Positions 55,953 to 64,000 of a stretch of 64,000 nucleotides of DNA are shown here, in pieces (positions within the stretch are counted from its first letter, which is position 1; every line of letters starts with the position of its first letter). The DNA is taken from the NCBI GenBank assembly GCA_050945495.1, contig JBMNTA010000002.1, positions 19,240 through 83,239 of the forward strand. The letters run 5' to 3'. The position numbers and the translations under genes are program-made. Under the pieces are notes generated by a model that did no database searches, was not told where the DNA came from, and worked only from the letters and a program-made list of their open reading frames with translations. The DNA is from Saccharofermentanales bacterium. GTDB taxonomy: Bacteria > Bacillota > Clostridia > Saccharofermentanales > DTU023.

Positions 55953-57146
55953 GTGATCGCGCTGTTGATCAAACTGGTGTTGTTTGCATTGCTCAGTGTG
56001 CGTTACGCCACCGCCGCCGGCGCCGACGCCACCGTCCTGATCCCGTTGGCGGCGCTCGCGCTGTCGCTTGTTCCGACCGTGACCCGCCGCCCGTGGCCGC
56101 CGTCGGTCGATCTCCTTTTTTGCTTGGGCGTCGCGATCCTCGCGATTCGCCTGCCGTTTGCGGCCCCGTACGCCCCACTGTTCTTTTATGATTTTTTCCC
56201 GCCGCTCGTCGACCGGTGGCAACGCCCGCCCGATGCCTTGCCGCCGATCTCGTTTGGGCACGCCGTCGGGCCGTATGCCGTCGTGCTGCTCGCGATCCCA
56301 TGGTTCGTGCATCCCGATGCGGTGGACATTCTGCATGCCGTCGTCGCTTCGGTGCTCGGCGTCTTCGTCGTTCGCCTGCGGGTCTATCGCGACCGCATGC
56401 ACCGCATGCGTGACCACTACGCCGAAGACACCATGACGTTGGAGCAACGCCTCCGCACCGCGCGTATGGAGGACGAAAAGAATCGCCACATGGCGCGCCT
56501 CGACGAACGCAACCGCATATCGCGCCGACTCCACGACGTCACGGGACACACGTTGAGCTCCGCCCTGCTCCAGATCGGCGCGCTCGAAATCATCAACCGC
56601 GACCCTGCCCTCGACCCGCCCTTGCAAAAATTGCATGAAACGCTCGACTGGGGCATGACGGAAATCCGCAACGCCGTCCATGAGGTCTTCGCCGATTCGC
56701 TCGACATCGAAGCGGAATTGCAGACCACGCTGGATCGCGCGGAAGGCTTCCGTACGAAACTCACCTGCATGTTGCAGGGGCACATGCCCGTGCAAATGAA
56801 AATCGATCTGTTGAGCGTCGCCCGCGAGGCGATCACCAACGCCATCAAGCACTCGTCGGGCGATCGCATCGACGTGACCCTGATCGAACGCGCGCCCATC
56901 GTCACCCTCGACGTCCGCGACAACGGACACGGCCCGGAAAACCTCGACGTGGCGCGCGATGAAGAAGACGTCACACGCGCCGCCCTCGAACGATCCGGCA
57001 TCGGGTTCAAGAACATGGCGGACCTCACGGAACGCCATCACGGGCACCTGCATCTCAACCGTTCCGACGCGTGGGGCTTCGGCGTCCACGTCGTCTTCAT
57101 GCTGCCCGGCACCGCCACCGCCGATAAAGAAAGGCCCAAGCCATGA
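55953..57146 (+). CDS. Intramembrane-sensing histidine kinase (HisKA_3 / NarL-partner type)
   Basis: The GTG at 55953 follows GGGGGAAGGAGG. It has about 5 N-terminal TM helices with no large loop. The H-box is RISRRLHDVTGHTLSS, the N-box is AREAITNAIKHS, and DNGHG and GIGFKNM are also present. Confidence 0.85.
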   Translation: MIALLIKLVLFALLSVRYATAAGADATVLIPLAALALSLVPTVTRRPWPPSVDLLFCLGVAILAIRLPFAAPYAPLFFYDFFPPLVDRWQRPPDALPPISFGHAVGPYAVVLLAIPWFVHPDAVDILHAVVASVLGVFVVRLRVYRDRMHRMRDHYAEDTMTLEQRLRTARMEDEKNRHMARLDERNRISRRLHDVTGHTLSSALLQIGALEIINRDPALDPPLQKLHETLDWGMTEIRNAVHEVFADSLDIEAELQTTLDRAEGFRTKLTCMLQGHMPVQMKIDLLSVAREAITNAIKHSSGDRIDVTLIERAPIVTLDVRDNGHGPENLDVARDEEDVTRAALERSGIGFKNMADLTERHHGHLHLNRSDAWGFGVHVVFMLPGTATADKERPKP

Positions 57147-57760
57147 ACATCATCATCATCGACGACGACCCCGTGGTCCGTGATTCTCTGAAAATCATCG
57201 TGGAAGCGGGCGGCATCGACGTCGTGGGACAGGGGGCCTCCGGCCGCGATGTCCTCGCTCTGTATGAACAGCACCGTCCCGACGTCGTCCTGACCGACAT
57301 CCGCATGGAGGGCATGAACGGGCTCGACGCCGCCGAAGCCCTGCTCGCCCGTCACCCGGACGCGAAGATCCTCCTGCTCACGACGTTCAATGACGGCGCC
57401 TACATCTCCCAAGCCATGGCGCTCGGCTGCCGCGGATACCTTTTAAAACAAAATTTCGCTTCGATTTTGCCTTCGCTGCACGCCGTGTACGCGGGCAGCT
57501 TCGTCTTCGACTCCGAAGTCGTCGACCGACTTGCCGGCGCGCCGGAATTGGCCCCGGACGACCGCCTGAACGACCGCGAGAACGAACTCGTCGCCCTCGT
57601 CGCCGAGGGTCTCAACAACAAGGAGATCGCCGCGGCGCTGAACCTCTCGGAGGGCACGGTGCGCAACTACTTGTCGGACATTCTCGACAAACTCGATCTG
57701 CGCGACCGTACGCAATTGGCGGTCGCCTATTACAAGCGCATCCTCGAAGGACGACCTTAG
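57143..57760 (+). CDS. Response regulator, NarL/LuxR family
   Basis: The receiver domain has DDDP...VVLTDIRMEGMNG...LLLTTF. The C-terminal HTH is LNNKEIAAALNLSEGTVRNYLSDILDKL. ATGA couples it with the kinase. Confidence 0.9.
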   Translation: MNIIIIDDDPVVRDSLKIIVEAGGIDVVGQGASGRDVLALYEQHRPDVVLTDIRMEGMNGLDAAEALLARHPDAKILLLTTFNDGAYISQAMALGCRGYLLKQNFASILPSLHAVYAGSFVFDSEVVDRLAGAPELAPDDRLNDRENELVALVAEGLNNKEIAAALNLSEGTVRNYLSDILDKLDLRDRTQLAVAYYKRILEGRP

Positions 57761-58548
57761 TTTTTAAATACCGTGGCGACGACGGCCAAACCGACCGTCA
57801 CGATCATCAAACAAACATCCCATGCATCCATGCGCAAGGTGTAGAGGCGCGTGCGCCCTTCGCCTTGGTAACAGCGCGCTTCCATGGCGATCGCGAGGTC
57901 GTCGGCACGCCGGAATCCCGAGATGAAGAGCGGGACAAAGATGCTCACGAGGCCGCGCATGCGGCGAAACGGCCCGCCCGTGTCGAAATCGGCCCCGCGC
58001 GACGACTGGGCTTTCATGATTTTCTGCGATTCATCGATCAGGGTCGGGATGAAGCGGATGGCAATCGACATCATCATCGCAAAGGCTTCCACCGGAAACT
58101 TCACATGCCGCAACGGCGAGAGCAACCGCTCGATCGCGTCGGCGAGCGCCAAGGGGGGCGTCGTCATTGTGAGCAAGAGCTGCGTCCCGATGACCAAGAG
58201 GATGAGGCGTGCGGCGGTGAATGCGCCGGAGAGCACGCCTTCGCGCGTGACGGTGAGGTCGCCGAGCCGCACCCACACCGTGCCGTCGACCGTGAACATG
58301 TGCACAATCACGGCCAGGACAATGATCCAGAGGATGGGACGTATGCTTCGCAAAATGAGGCGAGGCTTCACCCGGGAGATGAGGGCCAACGTCAGCGTCC
58401 ACACGGCGATCGCCAAAAGCACGTAGAGATCGCGGCACGCCAACGTCGCGACCATCATGGCGACGGCGGCGATGAATTTCGCGCGCGCATCGCCGCGGTG
58501 CAGCCGCGAATGGCCGGGAATAGAGCGTCCGAGGAGTACCGGCTTCAT
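57757..58548 (-). CDS. ecfT: Energy-coupling factor transporter transmembrane protein EcfT
   Basis: The ATG at 58546-58548 overlaps the ecfA stop (ATGA). The sequence is MKPVLLGRSIPGHSRLHRGDARAKF...SSRGADFDTGGPFRRMRGLVSIFVPLFISGFRRADDLAIAMEARCY. The position after rplQ-ecfA is conserved. Confidence 0.85.
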   Translation of the reverse strand: MKPVLLGRSIPGHSRLHRGDARAKFIAAVAMMVATLACRDLYVLLAIAVWTLTLALISRVKPRLILRSIRPILWIIVLAVIVHMFTVDGTVWVRLGDLTVTREGVLSGAFTAARLILLVIGTQLLLTMTTPPLALADAIERLLSPLRHVKFPVEAFAMMMSIAIRFIPTLIDESQKIMKAQSSRGADFDTGGPFRRMRGLVSIFVPLFISGFRRADDLAIAMEARCYQGEGRTRLYTLRMDAWDVCLMIVTVGLAVVATVFKN

Positions 58549-60311
58549 GGCGTTCCCCGTTCGCGGTCGGCCCATTGGAGCATGCGGAGGACGGCTCGAT
58601 CGATTGTAAAGGCATCGGATGCGAGCGCGGCGTCGCCCGTCACGGCCAGCACCATCGCCTTGGCCGCCGGCATCGCAAGACAGACGCGTTCGAGCCATGC
58701 GGGGTCATCCGTCACATCCTCGGGACGCCCCATGCGCGCGATGCGTCCCGCCTCCAAGACCAACATCTGATCGGCGACCTCGGCGATCTGCTCCATGTCG
58801 TGCGAGACGATGATCAAGGTGGCGCCCTCGTCGCGAAGCGACATCAGGTCGGCCCACAGCGCGCGTTGGGCGCCCGGATCAAGCCCCGCGGTCGGTTCAT
58901 CCAAAACGATGATCTCGGGCTCGGCCGCCAAGACGCCCGCGATGGCGACGCGGCGGCGTTGGCCGCCGGAGAGCTCAAACGGCGAGCGGTCGAGCAAATC
59001 CTCGATATTCATGCGACGCACGGCCGAGAGGACGGCGCATTCCACTTGTTCGGGCGTTTTCCCGAATTGTTTCGGCGCAAACGCCACGTCGAGCGCCACC
59101 GTCTCTTCGAACAGTTGGTCTTCGGGGTACTGAAACAATAAGCCGACGCGCGGTCGGACGGCGCGGACGTTTTTTCGATTCCCCAAGTCGCGCCCAAGCA
59201 CTTCGACGGTGCCGGGTTCGGCCGGAATGATGCCGTTGATGTGCTGCACCAACGTCGATTTGCCGGAGCCCGTGTGGCCGACGATGCCCAAGACTTCGCC
59301 CTTTTGAACGTCCAAGGAGATGTCGGTGAGTGCCGGCACGGACGAGCCGTCGACGGCTTCGTACGCAAAGTGCACGTTCCGCATCCGAAGGGCACGGTCG
59401 GCCCGCCAGAGGGGCGGTTCGGCATCTTCGGCCGCGGAGGGCGCCGCGTCTCCCCCATCCACGGGCCGGCGTCGCAAGGCGTCCCTGATGTAGGTCGCGG
59501 CACCTTCGGGCGTCGTCACGGCCTCGCGATGATACGGCCGCCGGGTCATCGCTCGGATCCGTTGGGCGAGCGCCATGTGCACCGGGAGATTGAGCCCTGC
59601 CGCCGTCAGCCGCTCGGGTTGATCGAAGACTTCGGCGGGCGTCCCGGAGAGGACGATGCGCCCCGCATCGATCACGTAGATGCGATCGGCCAGCGACGCC
59701 TCTCGCATGTGGTGTGTGATGTTCACGACGGTGAGCCCCATCGTCTCGCGGATCTGTCGGATGAGTTCGATCACGTCGCCCCGCGCCTGAGGGTCGAGCA
59801 TCGCCGTCGCCTCGTCGAGCACGATCGCATCGGGGTGCATCGCCAAGGCCGAGGCGATCGCGAGCTTTTGTTTTTGACCGCCGGACAATTCATGCGGCGC
59901 GCGATCGGCCATGGCCGTCAACCCCGTGACCTCGAGGGCGCGTCGGACGCGCTCCAAGATATCCTCGACGGGCAGGCCGAGGTTCGAAGGACCGAACGCG
60001 ACGTCGTCTCGGACGGTCGCGCCGATGATCTGGTTGTCGGGATTTTGGAAGACAATGCCGACCGAGCGTCGGATGTCGTAGAGGCAATCGTCATCGGTCG
60101 TGACCATGCCGTTGACGGTCACGGTCCCCTCGTCGGGGATCAAGAGCCCGTTCATCAGGCGGGCGATCGTCGACTTGCCCGAGCCGTTGCGACCGATCAG
60201 GGCGACGTGCTCTCCCGCGGCAATGGCCATGGAAAGCGCGCGGACGGCCGGCACGGGGCGTTGCCCCTGCTCGATGCCATACGTAAATGAGACGCGGTCC
60301 AGGCGAATCAT
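58545..60311 (-). CDS. ecfA: Fused EcfA1-EcfA2 energy-coupling factor ATPase (two NBDs in one polypeptide)
   Basis: The ATG at 60309-60311 follows GAAGGAG plus 6 nt. The first NBD has GRNGSGKST / LSGGQKQKL / VLDEAT. The second has GHTGSGKST / LSGGQRRRV / VLDEPT. They are joined by an Ala/Pro/Arg-rich linker of about 40 aa with no stop or frameshift. Confidence 0.85.
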   Translation of the reverse strand: MIRLDRVSFTYGIEQGQRPVPAVRALSMAIAAGEHVALIGRNGSGKSTIARLMNGLLIPDEGTVTVNGMVTTDDDCLYDIRRSVGIVFQNPDNQIIGATVRDDVAFGPSNLGLPVEDILERVRRALEVTGLTAMADRAPHELSGGQKQKLAIASALAMHPDAIVLDEATAMLDPQARGDVIELIRQIRETMGLTVVNITHHMREASLADRIYVIDAGRIVLSGTPAEVFDQPERLTAAGLNLPVHMALAQRIRAMTRRPYHREAVTTPEGAATYIRDALRRRPVDGGDAAPSAAEDAEPPLWRADRALRMRNVHFAYEAVDGSSVPALTDISLDVQKGEVLGIVGHTGSGKSTLVQHINGIIPAEPGTVEVLGRDLGNRKNVRAVRPRVGLLFQYPEDQLFEETVALDVAFAPKQFGKTPEQVECAVLSAVRRMNIEDLLDRSPFELSGGQRRRVAIAGVLAAEPEIIVLDEPTAGLDPGAQRALWADLMSLRDEGATLIIVSHDMEQIAEVADQMLVLEAGRIARMGRPEDVTDDPAWLERVCLAMPAAKAMVLAVTGDAALASDAFTIDRAVLRMLQWADRERGTP

Positions 60312-60332
60312 CGGTCGCTCCTTCACGGGTGT

Positions 60333-60370
60333 AAAAAAAGGACTGAACACCGAAAGGTCTCCAGTCCTTT
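60333..60370 (-). terminator. Intrinsic terminator/attenuator after rplQ
   Basis: The minus strand reads AAGGACTG-(17 nt)-CAGTCCTT followed by TTTTTTT. Confidence 0.65.
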
Positions 60371-60404
60371 GCAATCAAAACGGGCAATGAGGGTCGTGTG
60401 GGTT

Positions 60405-60929
60405 TTACACGAGCTCCAACAAAGCCATGGGGGCGGCGTCGCCGCGACGGGGACCCATCTTCACGATACGGGTGTATCCGCCGGAGCGGCCGGTATAACG
60501 CGGCGCGACATGATTGAACAGATGGTTGACGGTGTTGATGCGTCGGCCGTTCTCATCTTTCATCTCCACGACGTAGCCCATGATTTTTCTGCGGGCGGCC
60601 AAGCGCGACGGATTATCGACCTGAACGGTCTTCGTCTTCGATTCGCGCTGCACGACGTCGTAGGTTCGGTCGTTCTTCGACGTGGCCGTCTGGAGCACTT
60701 TGCGGCCCTTGTCGTCAAGTTTTGCCGAGGATACTTCGACCGTGCGGGTCGTGAATTGATTCTGCTCTTTAACGGCCAGGGCGATCAGGCGTTCGGCGAT
60801 TTTCTGCGCTTCTTTCGCACGCGCTTCCGTCGTCGTCACCTTGCCCTCGACGATCAACGTCGAGACTAAGTTTCTCAAAATCGACTGTCTCGCCGCCGTG
60901 TCGCGACTGAGTTTTCTATATCCGGACAT
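60405..60929 (-). CDS. rplQ: 50S ribosomal protein L17 (long variant with internal insertion)
   Basis: [26 protein letters not shown]...[25 protein letters not shown]. It is 174 aa, versus about 120 aa in Bacillus and E. coli. Confidence 0.9.
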   Translation of the reverse strand: MSGYRKLSRDTAARQSILRNLVSTLIVEGKVTTTEARAKEAQKIAERLIALAVKEQNQFTTRTVEVSSAKLDDKGRKVLQTATSKNDRTYDVVQRESKTKTVQVDNPSRLAARRKIMGYVVEMKDENGRRINTVNHLFNHVAPRYTGRSGGYTRIVKMGPRRGDAAPMALLELV

Positions 60930-60963
60930 GGTATTGCAATCCTCCTAGGTCTCTGTCTGGTGA

Positions 60964-61923
60964 TTATGCTTCGTCATCGGGCTCGGCCAATTTAAGACCG
61001 TGCGCATCGAGAACGGTGACGAGCTCTTTCAGGGACGTCGTCCCCAAGTTGCGCACCTTCATCAATTCGTCATACGTCTTCGCGACCAAGTCGGCGACCG
61101 TATGGATGTCGGCGCGTTTCAGCGAATTAAAGATGCGCGTCGAGAATTTCAGTTCTTCGATCGGGGCATCGTAGATGCTCTTCTCTTCCGGCTCCGGGAT
61201 GACGGGCTCGTCCTCGACGGGCGCGCCGTCATGCGTCATCGACAGGAACAGATTGAGGTGCTCGATCAGAATTTCCGCCGCCTTGATCAAGGCTTCTTCG
61301 GCGGTGATCGTGCCGTCCGTCCAAATCTCCAACGTCAACTTGTCGTAGTCGGTGACCTGACCGACACGCGTGTCTTCCACGGTGTAGTTGACTTTGCGGA
61401 CGGGCGTGAAAATCGAGTCGACCGGGATCACGCCGATCGGCGCGTTCGCCTCTTTGTTCTGGTCGGCGCTGCGGTAACCGAGCCCTTTGTTAAAGGTCAA
61501 CCCCATGAAGAGCGGGGCCTCGCCGTTCATGTTGGCGATGACCATGTCGGGGTTGATGATCTCGAGCTCGTCGCTTTGCATGAATTCGCCGGCGGTGACG
61601 GGGCCTTTGTAGCCCGTCTCTTTGTTGATGAAAACCGTCTTCGGTTCATCGGCGTTCAGGCGGGCGCGGATCGACTTGATGTTGAGAATCATCTCGGTGA
61701 CATCTTCGATCACGCCGGGCACCGTCGAATATTCTTGAAAGACGCCTTCGATCCGCATGGAGGTGACGGCGCTTCCGGGAAGCGACGACAGCAGCACGCG
61801 GCGAAGCGCGTTGCCGAGCGTCGTGCCGTAACCGCGTTCGAGCGGCTCGGCGATAAAAACGCCATACGTCTCATCGTCCGATTGGTTGATGCGTTCAATG
61901 TTCGTATGTTTGACTTCAATCAT
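60964..61923 (-). CDS. rpoA: DNA-directed RNA polymerase subunit alpha
   Basis: GTTLGNALRRVLLSSLPG, and a C-terminal domain with ELKFSTRIFNSLKRADIHTVADLV. Confidence 0.95.
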   Translation of the reverse strand: MIEVKHTNIERINQSDDETYGVFIAEPLERGYGTTLGNALRRVLLSSLPGSAVTSMRIEGVFQEYSTVPGVIEDVTEMILNIKSIRARLNADEPKTVFINKETGYKGPVTAGEFMQSDELEIINPDMVIANMNGEAPLFMGLTFNKGLGYRSADQNKEANAPIGVIPVDSIFTPVRKVNYTVEDTRVGQVTDYDKLTLEIWTDGTITAEEALIKAAEILIEHLNLFLSMTHDGAPVEDEPVIPEPEEKSIYDAPIEELKFSTRIFNSLKRADIHTVADLVAKTYDELMKVRNLGTTSLKELVTVLDAHGLKLAEPDDEA

Positions 61924-61968
61924 GACACAAGCCTCCTTGCATGGGAATGGATCGCGGTCGTCAAGCGA

Positions 61969-62550
61969 TTATTTCGAGTACAGCTCGACGATCAACGTTT
62001 CTTCGACGTCGAGGTCAATGTCTTCGCGTTCGGGCTCACGCAGGACCATGCCTTTGAGATTGTTCTCGTCAAAGGACAGCCATGCCGGCACGATCGTGTT
62101 CGGCAGCTCGTCGAACACTTTGACGTGACGCGAATTTTCACGGACGGAGATTTCATCGCCGACCGCCACCGTCATCGACGGAATGCTCGCGCGCTGGCCG
62201 TTGATGTTGAAGTGGCCGTGCGTGATGAGCTGGCGCGCCTGGGCGCGGGTCGCCGTGAAGCCCATGCGGTAGACAACGTTGTCCAAGCGAAGTTCAAGCA
62301 ACTTCAGCAAGTTGACACCGCTCTTGCCGGGCATCTTTGAGGCACGCTCGTAGGTGTTGCGGAATTGCTTTTCCAACACACCGTAGACAAACTTAACCGT
62401 TTGTTTCGCGCGCAGCTGACGTTTGTACTCACTGTCCTTGCGGCGCGATTGTCTCGGTTTACGAACCGATTTTTTATTGACTCCAAGCATCTGAGGCGGC
62501 ACGTTGAGTGAACGGGCGCGTTTCAGGGTGGGCGTTCTGTCTTTAGCCAT
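61969..62550 (-). CDS. rpsD: 30S ribosomal protein S4
   Basis: YKRQLRAKQTVKFVYGVLEKQFRNTY...RLDNVVYRMGFTATRAQARQLITHGHF. Confidence 0.95.
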   Translation of the reverse strand: MAKDRTPTLKRARSLNVPPQMLGVNKKSVRKPRQSRRKDSEYKRQLRAKQTVKFVYGVLEKQFRNTYERASKMPGKSGVNLLKLLELRLDNVVYRMGFTATRAQARQLITHGHFNINGQRASIPSMTVAVGDEISVRENSRHVKVFDELPNTIVPAWLSFDENNLKGMVLREPEREDIDLDVEETLIVELYSK

Positions 62551-62565
62551 ACAATTCGTCTCCTC

Positions 62566-62976
62566 TTAAACTCTTCTGCGCTTCGGCGGGCGACATCCGT
62601 TGTGAGGGATGGGGGTGACGTCTTTGATCATGACGATCTCGAGTCCGCCCGTTGCGAGCGCGCGGATCGCGGATTCACGGCCCGAACCGGGACCGCGAAC
62701 GAGCACTTCCACCGTACGCATGCCGTGTTCAACGGCCTTGCGGGCGGCCTGTTCGGCGGCCAATTGCGCGGCGAACGGGGTACCCTTACGCGAACCTTTC
62801 ATGCCTTGCGCGCCGGCGCTCGACCATGAAATCACATTGCCGACGGGGTCGGTAATGGTGACGATCGTGTTGTTAAATGACGAATGGATGTGCGCCACAC
62901 CGCGTTCGACGTTCTTACGGTCACGTCTGCGTGTGCGGGCGGCGGGACGTCCTTTACCACCTTTTTTTACTGCCAT
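62566..62976 (-). CDS. rpsK: 30S ribosomal protein S11
   Basis: [18 protein letters not shown]...[14 protein letters not shown]...[18 protein letters not shown]. Confidence 0.95.
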   Translation of the reverse strand: MAVKKGGKGRPAARTRRRDRKNVERGVAHIHSSFNNTIVTITDPVGNVISWSSAGAQGMKGSRKGTPFAAQLAAEQAARKAVEHGMRTVEVLVRGPGSGRESAIRALATGGLEIVMIKDVTPIPHNGCRPPKRRRV

Positions 62977-62988
62977 CTCGCGTGCTCC

Positions 62989-63357
62989 TTATCTCTTTTT
63001 CTTGGCCATGGTGCGTTTCGGCCCTTTGCGTGTCCGCGCATTCGTGCGAGTCCGCTGTCCGCGCACCGGTAACCCCGTGCGATGACGGCGGCCGCGATAA
63101 CAGCCGATCTCCGTCAGGCGCTTGATGTTCATCGCCTTTTCGCGGCGAAGGTCACCTTCCACCGTGTAATCGTCGTCGATCCGCTCGCGGATGCGAGAGA
63201 TCTCCTCGTCGGTCAAATCACGAACGCGTGTGTTGGGATCGACTCCCGCGTCCGCGAGGATTTTGCTTGAACGCGTGCGACCGATGCCGTAAATGGCGGT
63301 CAGTCCGATTTCTACGCGTTTATCATTGGGCAAGTCTACCCCGGCAATACGTGCCAT
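62989..63357 (-). CDS. rpsM: 30S ribosomal protein S13
   Basis: [28 protein letters not shown]...[24 protein letters not shown]. Confidence 0.95.
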   Translation of the reverse strand: MARIAGVDLPNDKRVEIGLTAIYGIGRTRSSKILADAGVDPNTRVRDLTDEEISRIRERIDDDYTVEGDLRREKAMNIKRLTEIGCYRGRRHRTGLPVRGQRTRTNARTRKGPKRTMAKKKR

Positions 63358-63433
63358 TCGCTACCTCCAAAATTGTTGATCGTTTTGATTGCTTTTTTCA
63401 CGACGGTCTTGAACCGTCGATGTCGTTTTACGG

Positions 63434-63547
63434 TCAGCCTTGTCTCTGTTTATGTTTCGGATCGCTGCAGATCACCATCACGCGCCCACGGCGCTTGATG
63501 ACACGGCATTTCTCACAGATGGGTTTGACCGATGGTCTCACTTTCAT
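63434..63547 (-). CDS. rpmJ: 50S ribosomal protein L36
   Basis: This ORF is not in the track because it is under 60 aa. Hand translation gives [37 protein letters not shown] plus a stop. RBS GAGGAGG lies upstream. Confidence 0.9.
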   Translation of the reverse strand: MKVRPSVKPICEKCRVIKRRGRVMVICSDPKHKQRQG

Positions 63548-63627
63548 GGGTTATTTCCTCCTCCCGGTCGCATAGGACGCACAGCTGGTAATTTTACCCC
63601 GAGCGCCTTCGCTATGTCAAATACAGG

Positions 63628-63846
63628 CTACTTGGAGCGCCAGGTAATGCGCCCGCGTGTCAGGTCGTACGGCGACAATTCAACCGTGACATGATCCCCC
63701 GTCAAAATACGGATGTAATTCTGTCTCAGTTTGCCGGAGATGTGCGCGATCACTTCGAATCCATTTTCCAAGCGAACGCGAAACATGGCATTCGGCATTG
63801 CGTCGACGACGACTCCTTTGACTTCAATGGCTTCTTCTTTCGGCAT
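63628..63846 (-). CDS. infA: Translation initiation factor IF-1
   Basis: [70 protein letters not shown]. Confidence 0.95.
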   Translation of the reverse strand: MPKEEAIEVKGVVVDAMPNAMFRVRLENGFEVIAHISGKLRQNYIRILTGDHVTVELSPYDLTRGRITWRSK

Positions 63847-63876
63847 ATACTCCCCCGTATGGACCCGTTGGGCGGG

Positions 63877-63999
63877 TCACTCGTTTCGGTATGTGTGACG
63901 TTCGACCCATTGGGCGATCGCTTGACGAATCTTCGTGTCGCTCTCGCGGGCGTTCGCCGTCTCGGCGAACAAGGCCTCTGCGTCATGTGCTTCCATCAG
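63877..63999 (-). CDS. Hypothetical ORF open at the right edge (C-terminal 40 codons, or a small 39-aa ORF from the ATG at 63994-63996)
   Basis: Hand translation gives (L)MEAHDAEALFAETANARESDTKIRQAIAQWVERHTYRNE plus a stop. No family was recognised, and the upstream context lies outside the window. Confidence 0.3.
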   Translation of the reverse strand: MMEAHDAEALFAETANARESDTKIRQAIAQWVERHTYRNE

Positions 64000-64000
64000 C

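Noticed and set aside
63358-63433. Hairpin CGACGG-ttcaaga-CCGTCG between rpmJ and rpsM as a terminator.
   Set aside because: On the transcribed (minus) strand it is followed by an A-run, not a U-run. It lies inside a ribosomal operon that is normally co-transcribed. At most it is a processing or stability element, and the evidence is insufficient to call it.

Overview
This window looks like dense chromosomal core from a high-GC Firmicutes/Clostridia-type genome. The GC level is judged by eye, not computed. The lineage call rests on the HrcA/CIRCE heat-shock operon, rpsD sitting inside the alpha operon, ECF genes after rplQ, strong GGAGG-type RBSs and many ATGA/GTGA translational couplings. 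I support about 60 CDS, one tRNA-Ala(GGC), one cobalamin riboswitch, one CIRCE operator and several intrinsic terminators. I saw no rRNA, CRISPR array, transposase, integrase or prophage genes. Most long ORFs in the six-frame track that lie antisense to these genes are high-GC shadow ORFs. Recognisable blocks, left to right: (1) a surface-protein pair, cohesin-like anchor plus dockerin-tagged SH3b/GH73 murein hydrolase, followed by gtrA; (2) hpf-pcrA-dgt-yfbR; (3) an OPT transporter and gap; (4) gcvT-H-PA-PB; (5) a B12-riboswitch-controlled dedicated ECF transporter with a surface lipoprotein; (6) ribF and an APC permease; (7) nfeD-SPFH-hemW-hrcA-grpE-dnaK-dnaJ plus an exonuclease; (8) an M28 lipoprotein and a degenerate S11-like protein; (9) a DUF5685-like / J-domain Cys-string / membrane-protein cassette; (10) gltX-glnS, an acyl-CoA ligase, tRNA-Ala, a nitroreductase and a CDF transporter; (11) iorAB, an aminotransferase and an M20 amidohydrolase; (12) hisJ-like, pncB and truA; (13) an ABC-2 exporter plus a HisKA_3/NarL two-component system; (14) ecfT, fused ecfA1A2 and rplQ-rpoA-rpsD-rpsK-rpsM-rpmJ-infA. 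The best candidates for undescribed biology are the self-contained cohesin-dockerin autolysin tether (147-4217), the riboswitch-controlled ECF transporter with an extracytoplasmic transcobalamin-like lipoprotein (16690-21090), and the uncharacterised J-domain cysteine-string cassette (35175-37017). All family assignments come from motif recognition by eye. No database search was run.
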